Positions 47,261 to 57,500 of a stretch of DNA of 64,000 bases are shown piece by piece. How positions within the stretch are numbered: position 1 is the stretch's first letter; the number at the start of each line of letters is the position of its first letter. This DNA comes from Actinomycetota bacterium. GTDB taxonomy: Bacteria > Actinomycetota > Acidimicrobiia > Acidimicrobiales > MedAcidi-G1. The notes beneath the pieces were generated by a model that was not told where the DNA came from, made no database searches, and worked only from the letters and a program-made list of their open reading frames with translations. The position numbers and the translations under genes were made by a program. The stretch covers positions 17,375 through 81,374 of the forward strand of contig JAZADN010000047.1 of assembly GCA_036123585.1 (NCBI GenBank). The letters run 5' to 3'.

Positions 47261-48958
47261 ATGGTCGGAGTCCGTCTGGCACTCGTGCAACTCGACACCG
47301 TGGTCGGCGACCTCGACGGCAACGTCCAGCGGGTGGTCGACGTCCTCGGCGAGGTCACCGACTGCGACCTAGCCCTCTTCCCGGAGATGACGGTCACCGG
47401 CTATCCCCTCGAGGACCTGGTCCACAAGCCCGGATTCGTGGCCCGCAGTCGGGCTGCGGTGGAGGAGGTGGCGGCAGCCAGTGAGTCCTGCGCCCTCGTG
47501 GTGGGCTTCGCCGATTTCGGGCCCGACGGATCCGCACACAACTCGGTGGCTGTCTGCCATAGAGGCCAGATCGTCGGCACCTACGCCAAGGAATGCCTGC
47601 CCACCTACGACGTGTTTGACGAAGGCCGTGACTACGTCCCGGGCAACGGCCCGTTACGCCTCTACGAGATTGGCGGCGTTCGGGTCGGTGTCGCCATCTG
47701 TGAGGATCTCTGGGTTCCCGACGGTCCGGTCGAGCGCCTGATCGACGGCGGCGCTGACCTGGTGGCCACCGTCAACGGCTCCCCATACCACCGTGGGAAG
47801 CAGGCGGCCCGTGAGGCGGTGGTGACCGCCACCGCCACCTCGTCGGGACGACCAGTCGCCTACCTGAATTTGGTCGGAGGCCAGGACCAACTTGTGTTCG
47901 ACGGCGGGTCGATGGTCGTCGACCCGTCAGGTCGGGTCGTGGCCCGGGGACCCCGCTTCGACGAGGCGGTGGTGACCGTGGACGTGGATGTCCCGGTCCA
48001 CGAAGGTCCCGACCCGGCGTCGGCCCTAGAGGTGGTGCATGTTTCGGGATCGGTGGACCGGACCGATCACGCCGTACCTGCGGTGCTCGCCTCCCTCGAC
48101 GAGGATGCCGAGCTCTACCGCGCGCTGGTGACGGCTACTCGTGACTACGTGACCAAGAGCGGGTTCACCGACGTCTGTCTTGGCCTGTCGGGTGGCGTCG
48201 ACTCGGCGCTGGTGGCGACCATTGCTGCCGACGCCCTCGGACCCGACCGGGTCCACGCGGTCCTCATGCCGTCGAGATACTCCAGTGACCACTCGTTGAG
48301 CGACGCCGCGGCGCTGGTGGCAGCCCAGGGGATCGACGCCCACACCCTGCCCATCGAGGCGGCCCACGTGGCGCTCGCCGACGTGCTCTCGGTGGCCGTC
48401 GATGACGGCCCAACTGGTCTGGTCGACGAAAACCTCCAGTCGCGCATTCGCGGCGTGCTGCTCATGGCGCTGTCAAACGCGATGGGCTGGATGGTGTTGA
48501 CCACCGGCAACAAGAGCGAGTCGGCCGTCGGATACTCCACGCTCTACGGCGACACGGCGGGTGCCTATGCGGTGATCAAGGACGTCTACAAGACCCGGGT
48601 CTACGACCTGTGCCGGTGGCGGAACGCACACCGGCTTGGGGCCGACGGGAACCCGGTGGTGCCTGTGTCGATCATTGCCAAGGCGCCGTCGGCCGAGCTC
48701 CGGCCCGACCAGCGCGACGACCAGAGCCTTCCTCCCTACGAAGTGCTCGACCCGGTGCTCGAGGCCTACGTCGAGGGTGACCGGACCCGCGCCGAACTGG
48801 TGGCCGACGGCCACGACCCAGACCTGGTCGACCGGGTGGTCCGACTGGTCGACGCGGCAGAGTTCAAGCGCCGGCAGACCCCGCTGGGTCCGAAGGTCAC
48901 CACCAAGGGCTTCGGCCGCGACCGCCGAATGCCCATCGTCAACCATTTCCGTGGGTGA
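47261..48958 (+). CDS. nadE: glutamine-dependent NAD+ synthetase
   Basis: N-terminal nitrilase-like domain (ICEDLW) plus C-terminal NAD synthetase (GLSGGVDSA PP-loop). Confidence 0.95.
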   Translation: MVGVRLALVQLDTVVGDLDGNVQRVVDVLGEVTDCDLALFPEMTVTGYPLEDLVHKPGFVARSRAAVEEVAAASESCALVVGFADFGPDGSAHNSVAVCHRGQIVGTYAKECLPTYDVFDEGRDYVPGNGPLRLYEIGGVRVGVAICEDLWVPDGPVERLIDGGADLVATVNGSPYHRGKQAAREAVVTATATSSGRPVAYLNLVGGQDQLVFDGGSMVVDPSGRVVARGPRFDEAVVTVDVDVPVHEGPDPASALEVVHVSGSVDRTDHAVPAVLASLDEDAELYRALVTATRDYVTKSGFTDVCLGLSGGVDSALVATIAADALGPDRVHAVLMPSRYSSDHSLSDAAALVAAQGIDAHTLPIEAAHVALADVLSVAVDDGPTGLVDENLQSRIRGVLLMALSNAMGWMVLTTGNKSESAVGYSTLYGDTAGAYAVIKDVYKTRVYDLCRWRNAHRLGADGNPVVPVSIIAKAPSAELRPDQRDDQSLPPYEVLDPVLEAYVEGDRTRAELVADGHDPDLVDRVVRLVDAAEFKRRQTPLGPKVTTKGFGRDRRMPIVNHFRG

Positions 48959-49413
48959 CCCTGGTGCCCGCCGACCAGCCGATCCAGACCACCGCGAGTC
49001 TCACCACCGAGGCTGGTGTCCACGAGTTCACCCAGTTGGCCGAACTGTCCGAGGCTCTGGCCGGCTATCTGGCGGCCTGGTCGACCGACGGGGCCGATCC
49101 GGCCTCTGCCGGGATGATGGCGTCGTTGGCCGCCCGCCTCGCCGAGCACGCCGGTTGGTGGCGGGACCGGATCCCCGAGTCGGTCCTGCTCGATGACGCC
49201 CGTACCGAGGCCTCCGGCTCGCCGCGTCTGGTTGAAGTGCTGGCCCGCCTCGACGTCGATCCTGCTGACAGGTCGGTGGCCATCGTGCCCATCCTCGATG
49301 GGTTGATGGCCCATCTGGCGGGTCTCGCCGGGCGGTTGTCGCCGGTTGGCGACGCCCCGGCCCGACGAGTGGTCCGCCTGGTCCTGGCCGACCTCGAGGA
49401 CCGTCCCCGCTGA
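48955..49413 (+). CDS. hypothetical protein
   Basis: 152 codons. The GTG start overlaps the nadE stop (GTGA). No recognised motif. Confidence 0.45.
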   Translation: MTLVPADQPIQTTASLTTEAGVHEFTQLAELSEALAGYLAAWSTDGADPASAGMMASLAARLAEHAGWWRDRIPESVLLDDARTEASGSPRLVEVLARLDVDPADRSVAIVPILDGLMAHLAGLAGRLSPVGDAPARRVVRLVLADLEDRPR

Positions 49414-49656
49414 TCAGTTCCGTCGACCGGTCCGGCGCCACCCACAACATCCTGGACAGGCGGCACCGCCGCCTTCATAGTTCGTGACGATGGTCACGTT
49501 TTCGCGTTGTGGTCCGAACGGCCGTCGATAAGGTGACCGACGTACGGCGGAAGAGGCGGCAAAGGCACCAACCCGATCCGCCGGCTGGGTTGACAAAGGA
49601 AAGATTCGGCGAGTGTCCGCCCCGGTTCGGGGTCGACGCTCTCACGGCTGGAGGAG

Positions 49657-50601
49657 ATGAGGGTGGCCAAGGAGCGGGTCGAACGAGACGAGGAGGACCT
49701 CGTCAGGCTGTACCTCACCGACATCGGTCAGTACCCACTGTTGACCAAGGAGGGCGAGGTCCGACTCGCCCAGCAGATCGAGGCCGGCACCGAGGCCCGG
49801 GACGAACTGGCCGCCAAGGGCGACGACTTGGCCCCGGCCCGCCGCCGCGAGCTGAAGCGCAACCTGAAGCGGGGCGAAGAAGCCGAGCGGACCTTCGTCC
49901 AGTCGAACCTCCGCCTCGTAGTCTCGATCGCCAAGAAGTATCAGGCGTCCGGGCTTCCCCTGCTCGACCTAATCCAGGAGGGCAACCTCGGCCTGATGCA
50001 CGCAGTCGAGAAGTTCGACTGGCGCAAGGGCTTCAAGTTCTCGACCTACGCCACTTGGTGGATCCGTCAGGCCATCACCCGCGGCATCGCCAACACGGGT
50101 CGCACCATCCGGCTCCCGGTGCACGCTGGCGACACCCTGGCACGTCTGCAGAAGGCCCGCTCGCGCCTGGAGTTGAAGTTGGGCCGTCAGGCCACGCTGG
50201 CCGAACTTTCGGTCGAGGTCGAGATGCCGGAGGAGAAGGTCACCGAGGCGCTGCGCTTCGCGTCGGAGCCCCTGTCGCTGAGCGAGCCGCTGCGCGAGGA
50301 CGGCGATGCCGAACTGGGCGACGTGGTCGAGGACCGTGCCGCCGAGTCACCCTTCGAGGTTGCGGCCACCGCGCTGCTCCCCGAGGAGATCAGCCGCCTC
50401 CTGGCCCCTCTGGACTCCCGGGAGCGCGAGATCCTCAAACTACGGTTCGGTCTGGACCGCGGTGAACCGCGCACCCTCGAGGAAGTCGGGGAGCACTTCA
50501 ACCTGACCCGGGAGCGCATTCGCCAGATCGAGGCCCGGGCCATGTCGAAGTTGCGGCACCCGAGCAGCGACACCGGAGCCCGCGACCTGTTGGCCGTCTG
50601 A
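49657..50601 (+). CDS. RNA polymerase sigma-70 family factor, group 1/2-like (lacks a long region 1.1)
   Basis: Regions 1.2 to 4.2 are present: YLTDIGQYPLLT, NLRLVVSIAKKY, LIQEGNLGLMHAVEKFD, TYATWWIRQAITR, and LTRERIRQIEARAMSKLR. Confidence 0.9.
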   Translation: MRVAKERVERDEEDLVRLYLTDIGQYPLLTKEGEVRLAQQIEAGTEARDELAAKGDDLAPARRRELKRNLKRGEEAERTFVQSNLRLVVSIAKKYQASGLPLLDLIQEGNLGLMHAVEKFDWRKGFKFSTYATWWIRQAITRGIANTGRTIRLPVHAGDTLARLQKARSRLELKLGRQATLAELSVEVEMPEEKVTEALRFASEPLSLSEPLREDGDAELGDVVEDRAAESPFEVAATALLPEEISRLLAPLDSREREILKLRFGLDRGEPRTLEEVGEHFNLTRERIRQIEARAMSKLRHPSSDTGARDLLAV

Positions 50602-50661
50602 GTCGACCTGTCCCGGCATCCGGCCTGCCACCGGATCCTCCGCTTGTGAACAGTTGGAGAC

Positions 50662-50757
50662 TGGCGGAGGTGGACGGGAATCGAACCCGCCGGACGGGGA
50701 TCGCCCGTCCCACCCGCTTTGAAGGCGGGGGAGCCCACCAGGTACTCAGACACCTCC
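50662..50757 (-). tRNA. selC: tRNA-Sec (anticodon UCA)
   Basis: 96 nt. GGAGGTGT acceptor, 6-bp D-stem (GAGTAC/GGGCTC with one mismatch), anticodon arm CCCGC-CUUCAAA-GCGGG, 7-bp variable stem (GGACGGG/CCCGTCC), T-arm GCGGG-TTCGATT-CCCGT, and ...CCACCTCC-G-CCA end. Confidence 0.85.
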
Positions 50758-50821
50758 ACCATTGACGGTACGGGCCGCGTCGACGTGCGCCCAACCCGCG
50801 GCCGGACGTAGCATGACGGCT

Positions 50822-50896
50822 ATGAAGAAGTTGCTGATGTTGGCCGTGCTCGGAACCCTCGTGGCCGTGGCCGTCAAGAAGGTTCGTTCGATCTAG
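50822..50896 (+). CDS. tiny membrane peptide (24 aa; resembles N-terminus of actinobacterial DLW-39-type small proteins)
   Basis: MKKLLMLAVLGTLVAVAVKKVRSI. ATG start, single hydrophobic helix flanked by Lys. Confidence 0.35.
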   Translation: MKKLLMLAVLGTLVAVAVKKVRSI

Positions 50897-51726
50897 CCCG
50901 GCCCGGCGCCCGGTGCGTCACCGGCGTTCCGCCTGAGCCTTCGGACACCGAGGAACAGGCCTGCCAGTACCAGCGCGGTCACGCCCGTGGCCACCACCCA
51001 GTTCCTGTCGATGGGTACCCGGTCGCCCAGCGGGACGGGATTCTCGAACTCCCGGATTGGCCAGCCCCGGACCTCCGAGGCCCGTCGAAGTTCCCGGTCC
51101 GGGTTGACGGCCACCGGGTGCCCTACGGCCTCAAGCATCGGGACGTCGGTCCCCGAGTCCGAGTAGGCCCAAGATCCAACCAGGTCGAGGTCGAGCCGGT
51201 CGGCCATCTCGCGGACGGCGTCTGCCTTCGCCGGCCCCTGCGCGTAAAACTCCACCTCGCCCGTGTAGCGGCCCTCGTCGTCGACCTCCGGGCGGGTGGC
51301 GATGAAGTGGTCGACGCCGAGGTGCTCGGCCATTGGGGCCACGATCTCCGCCGGCGAGGCGGAAACCAGCACGAGTAGCCGACCTTCCGACCTGTGATGG
51401 GCCAGCAGGTCGATTGCCTCGTCGTAGACAAAAGGCTCGATGACCTCGGCTAGGTGGTCGCGGGCGAGACGTCCAAGGCCCTCCTGTTCCCAGCCGGCGG
51501 CGAGCCGGAGAGCGGTGCGGCGGGCTCGGTCCATGCTCGCCTCGTCAGCCCCAAAGAACCGGAACAGCAGTTGGCCCCAGGCGGCCCGAACGGCCATGGG
51601 AGCACTCAGGTAACCGGCTCGGTGAAGGGCGGGGCCGTAGGCGGCCATCGACGCCCGGGCGATGACCGTCTTGTCGAGGTCGAAGAAGGCCGCCGCCGCT
51701 CCCACTTCCGGCTGTTCCGATTCCAC
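50893..51726 (-). CDS. HAD-IB family hydrolase with C-terminal membrane anchor
   Basis: FFDLDKTVI motif I, SASP motif II, YSDSGTD motif IV, and a C-terminal hydrophobic helix. Confidence 0.8.
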   Translation of the reverse strand: MESEQPEVGAAAAFFDLDKTVIARASMAAYGPALHRAGYLSAPMAVRAAWGQLLFRFFGADEASMDRARRTALRLAAGWEQEGLGRLARDHLAEVIEPFVYDEAIDLLAHHRSEGRLLVLVSASPAEIVAPMAEHLGVDHFIATRPEVDDEGRYTGEVEFYAQGPAKADAVREMADRLDLDLVGSWAYSDSGTDVPMLEAVGHPVAVNPDRELRRASEVRGWPIREFENPVPLGDRVPIDRNWVVATGVTALVLAGLFLGVRRLRRNAGDAPGAGPG

Positions 51727-52114
51727 GGTCTAATTGTCGCAGGCCTCCGATGCCTCGCGCCCGTCGCTGTGGTCGGGCCCTTCGCGGGCCCATGGAGGCA
51801 GCACCGCAACTCTCACGATCGAGTCGTGGAGGCTTCGGATCGAGAAGGAAGAGCGGCCATGAAGGTGTTCTGGTTCCTGAAGCGGACTCGGGGACGACCG
51901 TCGTGGAGGCAGCTGTTGCAATGACCTTGATGGGGGAGTCATCCCCGCGCGTGGTGGTCCCCGGCGTGGGCCAGGTGGGCGGCACCAGCGAGGTTCCTTG
52001 AGCGGCGCGCTTCATTGCGAGGGATCGAGGGCTGCGGATCGGACAGGTGGTCTAGCGTCGGGGCCGAGGGGCCCGACCGGCGGGCCGGACCGTGGACACG
52101 GGGGCGACGGCCAG

Positions 52115-52474
52115 GTGCAGTTCGACGTTCACCGGTCATCGCTGGAACCCGCCTTCCCGGCGGGTGTGGTGCTTCGTGCCCTTGGTGACCTGGACATGGC
52201 GGGCGTCCCCCGGCTCCGCAGCGCCGTGGTGTCGGAGGTGGACGGCGGCACGCGCCTGCTGGTCCTCGACCTGACCGGTGTCGACCACCTCGACTCGGCC
52301 GGTTTGGGCGCAGTCATTGGCGCACTCCGTCGCTTGCGGACCCACAACGGAGATCTGAGGCTCGTCTGTCCAGAACCCCGGCTTCGGCGGGTATTTGAGG
52401 CTTGCGATCTGGACCGAGTGCTCGAACTCCACGACGACGTCGACGCGGCAGTGGGGCAGGCGACCATCCGATGA
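52115..52474 (+). CDS. STAS-domain anti-sigma-factor antagonist
   Basis: LLVLDLTGVDHLDSAGLGAVIGAL. Start assumed at GTG 52115. Confidence 0.75.
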   Translation: MQFDVHRSSLEPAFPAGVVLRALGDLDMAGVPRLRSAVVSEVDGGTRLLVLDLTGVDHLDSAGLGAVIGALRRLRTHNGDLRLVCPEPRLRRVFEACDLDRVLELHDDVDAAVGQATIR

Positions 52475-52926
52475 GTCGTGGCAGCGGCCGGTCGTCGGCG
52501 GGTATCGAACTGGTCATACCGCCCCGCCCCGAGTACTTGCAGCTGGTTCGAGCCATCGTCGGCGCGGCAACTGGGACGGGACAGGTAGGGGCGCCTCTTC
52601 TCGATCCGGGCCGGGTGGCCGACCTCCGCCTCGTCGTCTCCGAAGCGGTCACCAATGCCATAGAGGCCCAAGTCGCGGTCGGCGCCCCGGAGCGGATCGT
52701 GGTGCGGTGTCGACCCGAGAAAGACCGGATCGTCGTCGAGGTCGTGGACCGGGGGCCCGGCTTCGATCCCGGGGCCGTCCCGGACCTTCCCCCCGTGACC
52801 GATGCCGAACGGTTGGATCACGAGTCCGGGCTGGGCCTCTCGCTCATGGACCGTCTGGCCGATGGAGCGGTCGTCGAGACCGGTCCTGACGGCACCTTGG
52901 TGCGCCTCACCGTCGAATACTCCTAA
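52471..52926 (+). CDS. anti-sigma factor / serine protein kinase (RsbW/SpoIIAB-like HATPase)
   Basis: The ATG overlaps the upstream stop (ATGA). SEAVTNAIEA N-box and DRGPGFDP...GLGLSLMDRLAD G-boxes. Confidence 0.8.
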   Translation: MSRGSGRSSAGIELVIPPRPEYLQLVRAIVGAATGTGQVGAPLLDPGRVADLRLVVSEAVTNAIEAQVAVGAPERIVVRCRPEKDRIVVEVVDRGPGFDPGAVPDLPPVTDAERLDHESGLGLSLMDRLADGAVVETGPDGTLVRLTVEYS

Positions 52927-53098
52927 CCGGGCCAGAGACTCGCGGTCGGCTGATACCGAAAAGGGGTTATCACCGGTTGTCACGGCACGACCGTTACGGT
53001 TCTCACGGGCCGGTGGCCTGTCACGGACGGAACGGAGACACCGAGACACCTCACAGAACCGATGGATGGGCCGCGGGGAGCGAACACGAGGGAGGACA

Positions 53099-54496
53099 AT
53101 GACAATGGCCGATGGTGCGCCGACGGGCAAGACTTGGCTGGGGAGTGACACGGCGCTGGCCCGCGCCGTCGGCCGACCCGTCAGGCACTTCCTCGGCATC
53201 GAGGCGGCCGGTGGCATCCTCCTCATGGTGGCCACCGCAGTAGCCCTCGTGTGGGCCAACTCGCCGTGGTCGGGCTCCTACCACGACCTGTGGCACACCG
53301 AGGTCCATCTGGCCGTCGGCGGCGTGGCCCTGGAACACCACGGCCACGCCCTGACCCTCCACCAACTGGTGAACGACGCCCTCATGGCCGTCTTTTTCTT
53401 CGTGGTCGGCCTGGAGATCAAGCGCGAACTGGTGGCCGGCCACCTCCGCGACCGTCGGGCCGCCATGCTGCCGGCTGCCGCCGCCATGGGCGGGATGGTC
53501 GTCCCGGCCCTCCTCTTCTTCGCCCTCAACCCGTCCGGAGACGCCTCGGCCGGGTGGGGGATCCCCATGGCCACCGACATCGCCTTCGCAGTCGGAGTGG
53601 TATCCATCCTCGGGCCACGGGTCTCCACGCCGCTCAAGGTCTTCCTGTTGTCGTTGGCCATCGTCGACGACATCGGGGCCATCCTGGTGATCGCCGTCTT
53701 CTACACCAGCGAGTTGGCCACCGAGTGGCTGGTCCTGGCCGTGGCCACCGTGTTGGCTGTCGTCATCCTGACCCGGGCCAAGGTCTGGTACACGCCGTTC
53801 TACCTACTGCTGGGCACCCTCCTCTGGTACGCAACGTTCCGCTCGGGGATCCACGCCACCATCGCCGGCGTGGCCATGGGTCTCCTCGCCCCTGCCAAGG
53901 CTCTCTTGGAGCCTGGCGAGGAGCCGCCCATCGAAGTGGGCCGGATGGACGCCCATAACCTCCGGGCGGCCAAGTTCCGTCTCAATGAGTCGGTGTCGGT
54001 GGCTGCCCGACTCGAGCACCAGCTCCACCCCGTCACGAGTTTCGTCATCATCCCGGTATTCGCTCTGGCCAACGCGGGGATCGAACTGAGTGGAGAGGCT
54101 CTGTCCGATGCCCTCACTTCTCCGATCACCCTGGGTGTGGTCCTCGGACTGGTGGTCGGCAAGGTGGTCGGCATCAGTCTGTTCACCCTTGGCGCCGTCC
54201 GTTTCGGACTCTCGGCGTTGCCTCGGGGGGCGACCGTTCGACACGTGGTCGGACTCTCAGCCATTGCCGGCATCGGCTTCACCGTGTCGCTCTTCGTGAC
54301 GGGCCTCGCCTACGACGACCTTGTTCTTCAGGACGAGGCCAAGGTGGGCATCCTGTTTGCTTCGGTGGTGGCCGCCCTGGTGGGGCTAGCCGTGCTGTCG
54401 GGTGCACACTCCGATGGGACCGAGGATCAGGAGATTGTTCCCGAGGTGGCAGCGGATCACCGTACGGACGGATCGGTCGAGGAGGCCGCCACTTGA
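53099..54496 (+). CDS. nhaA: Na+/H+ antiporter NhaA
   Basis: RBS GAGGGAGGA. FLGIEAAGGILLM, NDALMAVFFFVVGLEIKRE, and IVDDIGAI motifs. Confidence 0.9.
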   Translation: MTMADGAPTGKTWLGSDTALARAVGRPVRHFLGIEAAGGILLMVATAVALVWANSPWSGSYHDLWHTEVHLAVGGVALEHHGHALTLHQLVNDALMAVFFFVVGLEIKRELVAGHLRDRRAAMLPAAAAMGGMVVPALLFFALNPSGDASAGWGIPMATDIAFAVGVVSILGPRVSTPLKVFLLSLAIVDDIGAILVIAVFYTSELATEWLVLAVATVLAVVILTRAKVWYTPFYLLLGTLLWYATFRSGIHATIAGVAMGLLAPAKALLEPGEEPPIEVGRMDAHNLRAAKFRLNESVSVAARLEHQLHPVTSFVIIPVFALANAGIELSGEALSDALTSPITLGVVLGLVVGKVVGISLFTLGAVRFGLSALPRGATVRHVVGLSAIAGIGFTVSLFVTGLAYDDLVLQDEAKVGILFASVVAALVGLAVLSGAHSDGTEDQEIVPEVAADHRTDGSVEEAAT

Positions 54497-54566
54497 GGTC
54501 GATCGGGGTCCGGACGACGTTCCGGTGCTTGACACGGACACCCGACTTCTGCCAATGGTGGAATTT

Positions 54567-57500
54567 ATGAGCAGGGCATTGGTCATCGTTGAGTCGCCGG
54601 CCAAGGCGAAGACGATCTCGGGGTATCTCGGCGCCGGTTTCGTCGTGGAGTCGTCGATCGGGCACATCCGCGACCTCCCAATGCGGGCGTCGGACGTCCC
54701 GGCCGCCTACAAGGACCTCGACTGGGCCAAGACAGGTGTCGACGTGGACAACGGCTTCAAGCCGCTATACGTGGTCAATGCCGACAAGAAGTCCCAGATC
54801 TCGCAGTTGAAGCGCCTACTCAAGGACGCCGACGAGTTGTATCTGGCGACCGATGAGGACCGGGAGGGCGAGGCCATTGCCTGGCACCTGCTGGAGGTCC
54901 TGAACCCCAAGGTGCCGGTCCACCGGATGGTCTTCCACGAGATCACGAAGTCGGCCATCACCGAGGCCTTGGCCAACACCCGGGAGTTGGACACCCGCCT
55001 GGTCGACGCCCAAGAGACCCGACGCATCCTCGACCGCCTATACGGCTACGAACTCTCGCCGGTGCTGTGGCGGATGATCGGTGGTGGCCTCTCGGCTGGC
55101 CGGGTGCAGAGCGTGGCCACCCGCATGGTGGTTGAACGCGAGCGGGAGCGGATGGCCTTCGCCTCGGCCGACTACTGGGACCTGACCTGTCGCCTCGTTA
55201 CGGCGAGCGGCGAGGGGTTCACGGCCCGCCTCATCGAGGTGGATGGTCGGAAGGTGGCCACCGGACGCGACTTCGACGACGCGGGGCGGGCGACCGGAGA
55301 CGTCCTGGTGCTCGACGAATCGGCAGCTGGCGCGGTGCGCAGAGGCTTCGAGGGGCGTCCGGTGGTCGTCGACTCGGTGGAGCCCAAGCCATACCGGCGT
55401 CGTCCGGCGGCCCCATTCACCACGTCGACCTTCCAGCAAGAGGCAGGGCGCCGATTGCGCTTGTCGGCGTCAAGGGCCATGCACGCCGCCCAGGGTCTTT
55501 ACCAGAAGGGCTACATCACCTACATGCGGACCGACAGCACCACGCTGTCCGACACCGCGGTGCGGGCCGCTCGGGCCGAAGCAAAGCAGCGGTTCGGCGC
55601 TGACCACGTTCCCGACGCACCACGGACCTACGCCAACAAGGTGCGCAACGCCCAGGAGGCGCACGAGGCCATCCGACCGGCCGGCGACCGGTTCCGCCAC
55701 CCTGACGAGGTGCGTGGCGAGCTACCGAAGTCGGAGGCCGACGTCTACGAGATGGTGTGGCGACGAACGGTGGCCTCACAGATGAGCGATACCACCGGCG
55801 AGACGGTGGGCCTCCGCCTCTCCGGCGACCTTGCGGCCGACGCCGCGTCGGTGGGCGTTCGGGCCACGGTGGCCGCCAGTGGCACGGTGATTCACCACCA
55901 GGGCTTCCGCCGGGTCTACGAGGAGGCGACCGCCGAGGCGGCCCGAGGCGGTGGTGGGGGTACAAAGACCGACTCTGTCGCTGCAGACGACGAGGCCGAG
56001 GAGCGGGTGCTGCCAGCAGTGTCGGTCGGCGAGGCCATCGACGTAGCCGAGGTCGAGGTCGACGGGCACAGGACGAAGCCGCCCTCCCGGTACACGGAGG
56101 CCTCGTTGGTCAAGGGCCTCGAGGAGCACGGCGTGGGCCGGCCCTCCACCTACGCCTCGATCATGGAGACCATCCAGCGGAAGTACGTCTTCAAGAAGGG
56201 CAACGCCCTGGTGCCCACGCTGAGCGCCTTCGCGGTGACCACCCTGCTGGAGCGGCACTTCCCGAGGATGGTCGACTACGGCTTCACCGCCTCGATGGAG
56301 GAGGACCTGGACGAGATCGCTGCCGGCCGGGCCGAGAGCGTCCCATGGCTCGACGCCTTCTACTTCGGCTCCGACGACGACATCGGGCTGAAGGCCAAGG
56401 TCACCACCCGCCTCGGTGACATCGACCCGAAGGGCGTGAGCACTGTGGATCTCGGGGCCACCACGGACGGAGAGCCGGTGGTGGCCCGGTTCGGCAAGTT
56501 TGGGCCTTACGTGCAGGTCGGCGAACACACCCAGTCCATCCCCGACGACCTGCCCCCGGACGAGCTGTCGGTCGAGCGGGCGCTCGAATATCTGAATGCA
56601 CCGGCCGATCGGGAACTCGGTACCGACCCTGAGACGGGTTTGGTGGTCGTGGCACGGTCTGGGCGCTTCGGGCCCTACGTGTCCCTCGGCCGACCTCCGG
56701 ACCGTCCGGCCCCGTCGTCGCCGGAGGGCCGTCTCATGGCCCTGCCCCGGAACAAGAAGGAACTGAAGGTGGCGTTGGCATACCTGCGTCTGGCCGCCGG
56801 GCGCCTCGACCTGGCCGCCGCCACGGCGATCCTGAACGTGCCCAAGCGGGGGATCGGCAAGGGCGCGGTCGACGCCGTGAAGGACGCCGTGTCGACGGGC
56901 CGTTCCGTCGTCGAGGCGCTGAGGGATGCCGAGGGGCTCGGGATCAAGGGCAAGCCGTTGGCCGGCATCGGAGCGTTCCTGGCCCTCGGCGAAGAGTTGC
57001 ACGGCCTGCGCGACGAGGGCCCGGCCGCCGTGCTGGAGGCGGCGATCGAGCGCTCGGGCTACGGCGACGAACTGCGGGCCGACGAGACGGGTGCCGCCCG
57101 GTTCGAAAACCTAGAGAAACTGTCGGAGGTCGTCGGTGCCTTCGAGGATCTCGAGTCGGTGCTCGACGAGTTGGACAGCCAGGCCGGCCTCGACGAACTG
57201 CCCCGCCCCAAGACGGCGTCGCTGTTCGAGACGATGACACTGGAGCGGATCACCTTCGACGATGCCATGCAACTGCTGAGCCTTCCCCGCACCGTCGGCG
57301 TCGACCCGGCTGACGGCGCAGAGGTCACGGTGCACAACGGCCCGTACGGCCCGTACCTGAAGAAGGGGTCGGACAGCCGGAACATCGAGAAGGAGGAGCA
57401 GCTCCTCACCATCACCCTTGACGAGTGCCTGTCTCTGCTGTCCCAGCCCAAGCGCCGGGGTCGTAACACCCCGAAGCCGCCGCTGAAGGAGCTGGGGAAG

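Noticed and set aside
49483-49498. Palindrome CGTGAC-GATG-GTCACG followed by TTTT upstream of the sigma-factor gene
   Set aside because: It has only a 6-bp stem. It could be a weak terminator or an operator, but the evidence is insufficient for either call.
52979-53026. Three (G/C)TCACGG direct repeats upstream of nhaA
   Set aside because: The motif is short and GC-rich with irregular spacing (23 and 18 nt). This is easily explained by chance at this base composition.
55776-57002. 408-aa minus-strand ORF
   Set aside because: It is antisense to topA, with no motifs, and is a shadow ORF.
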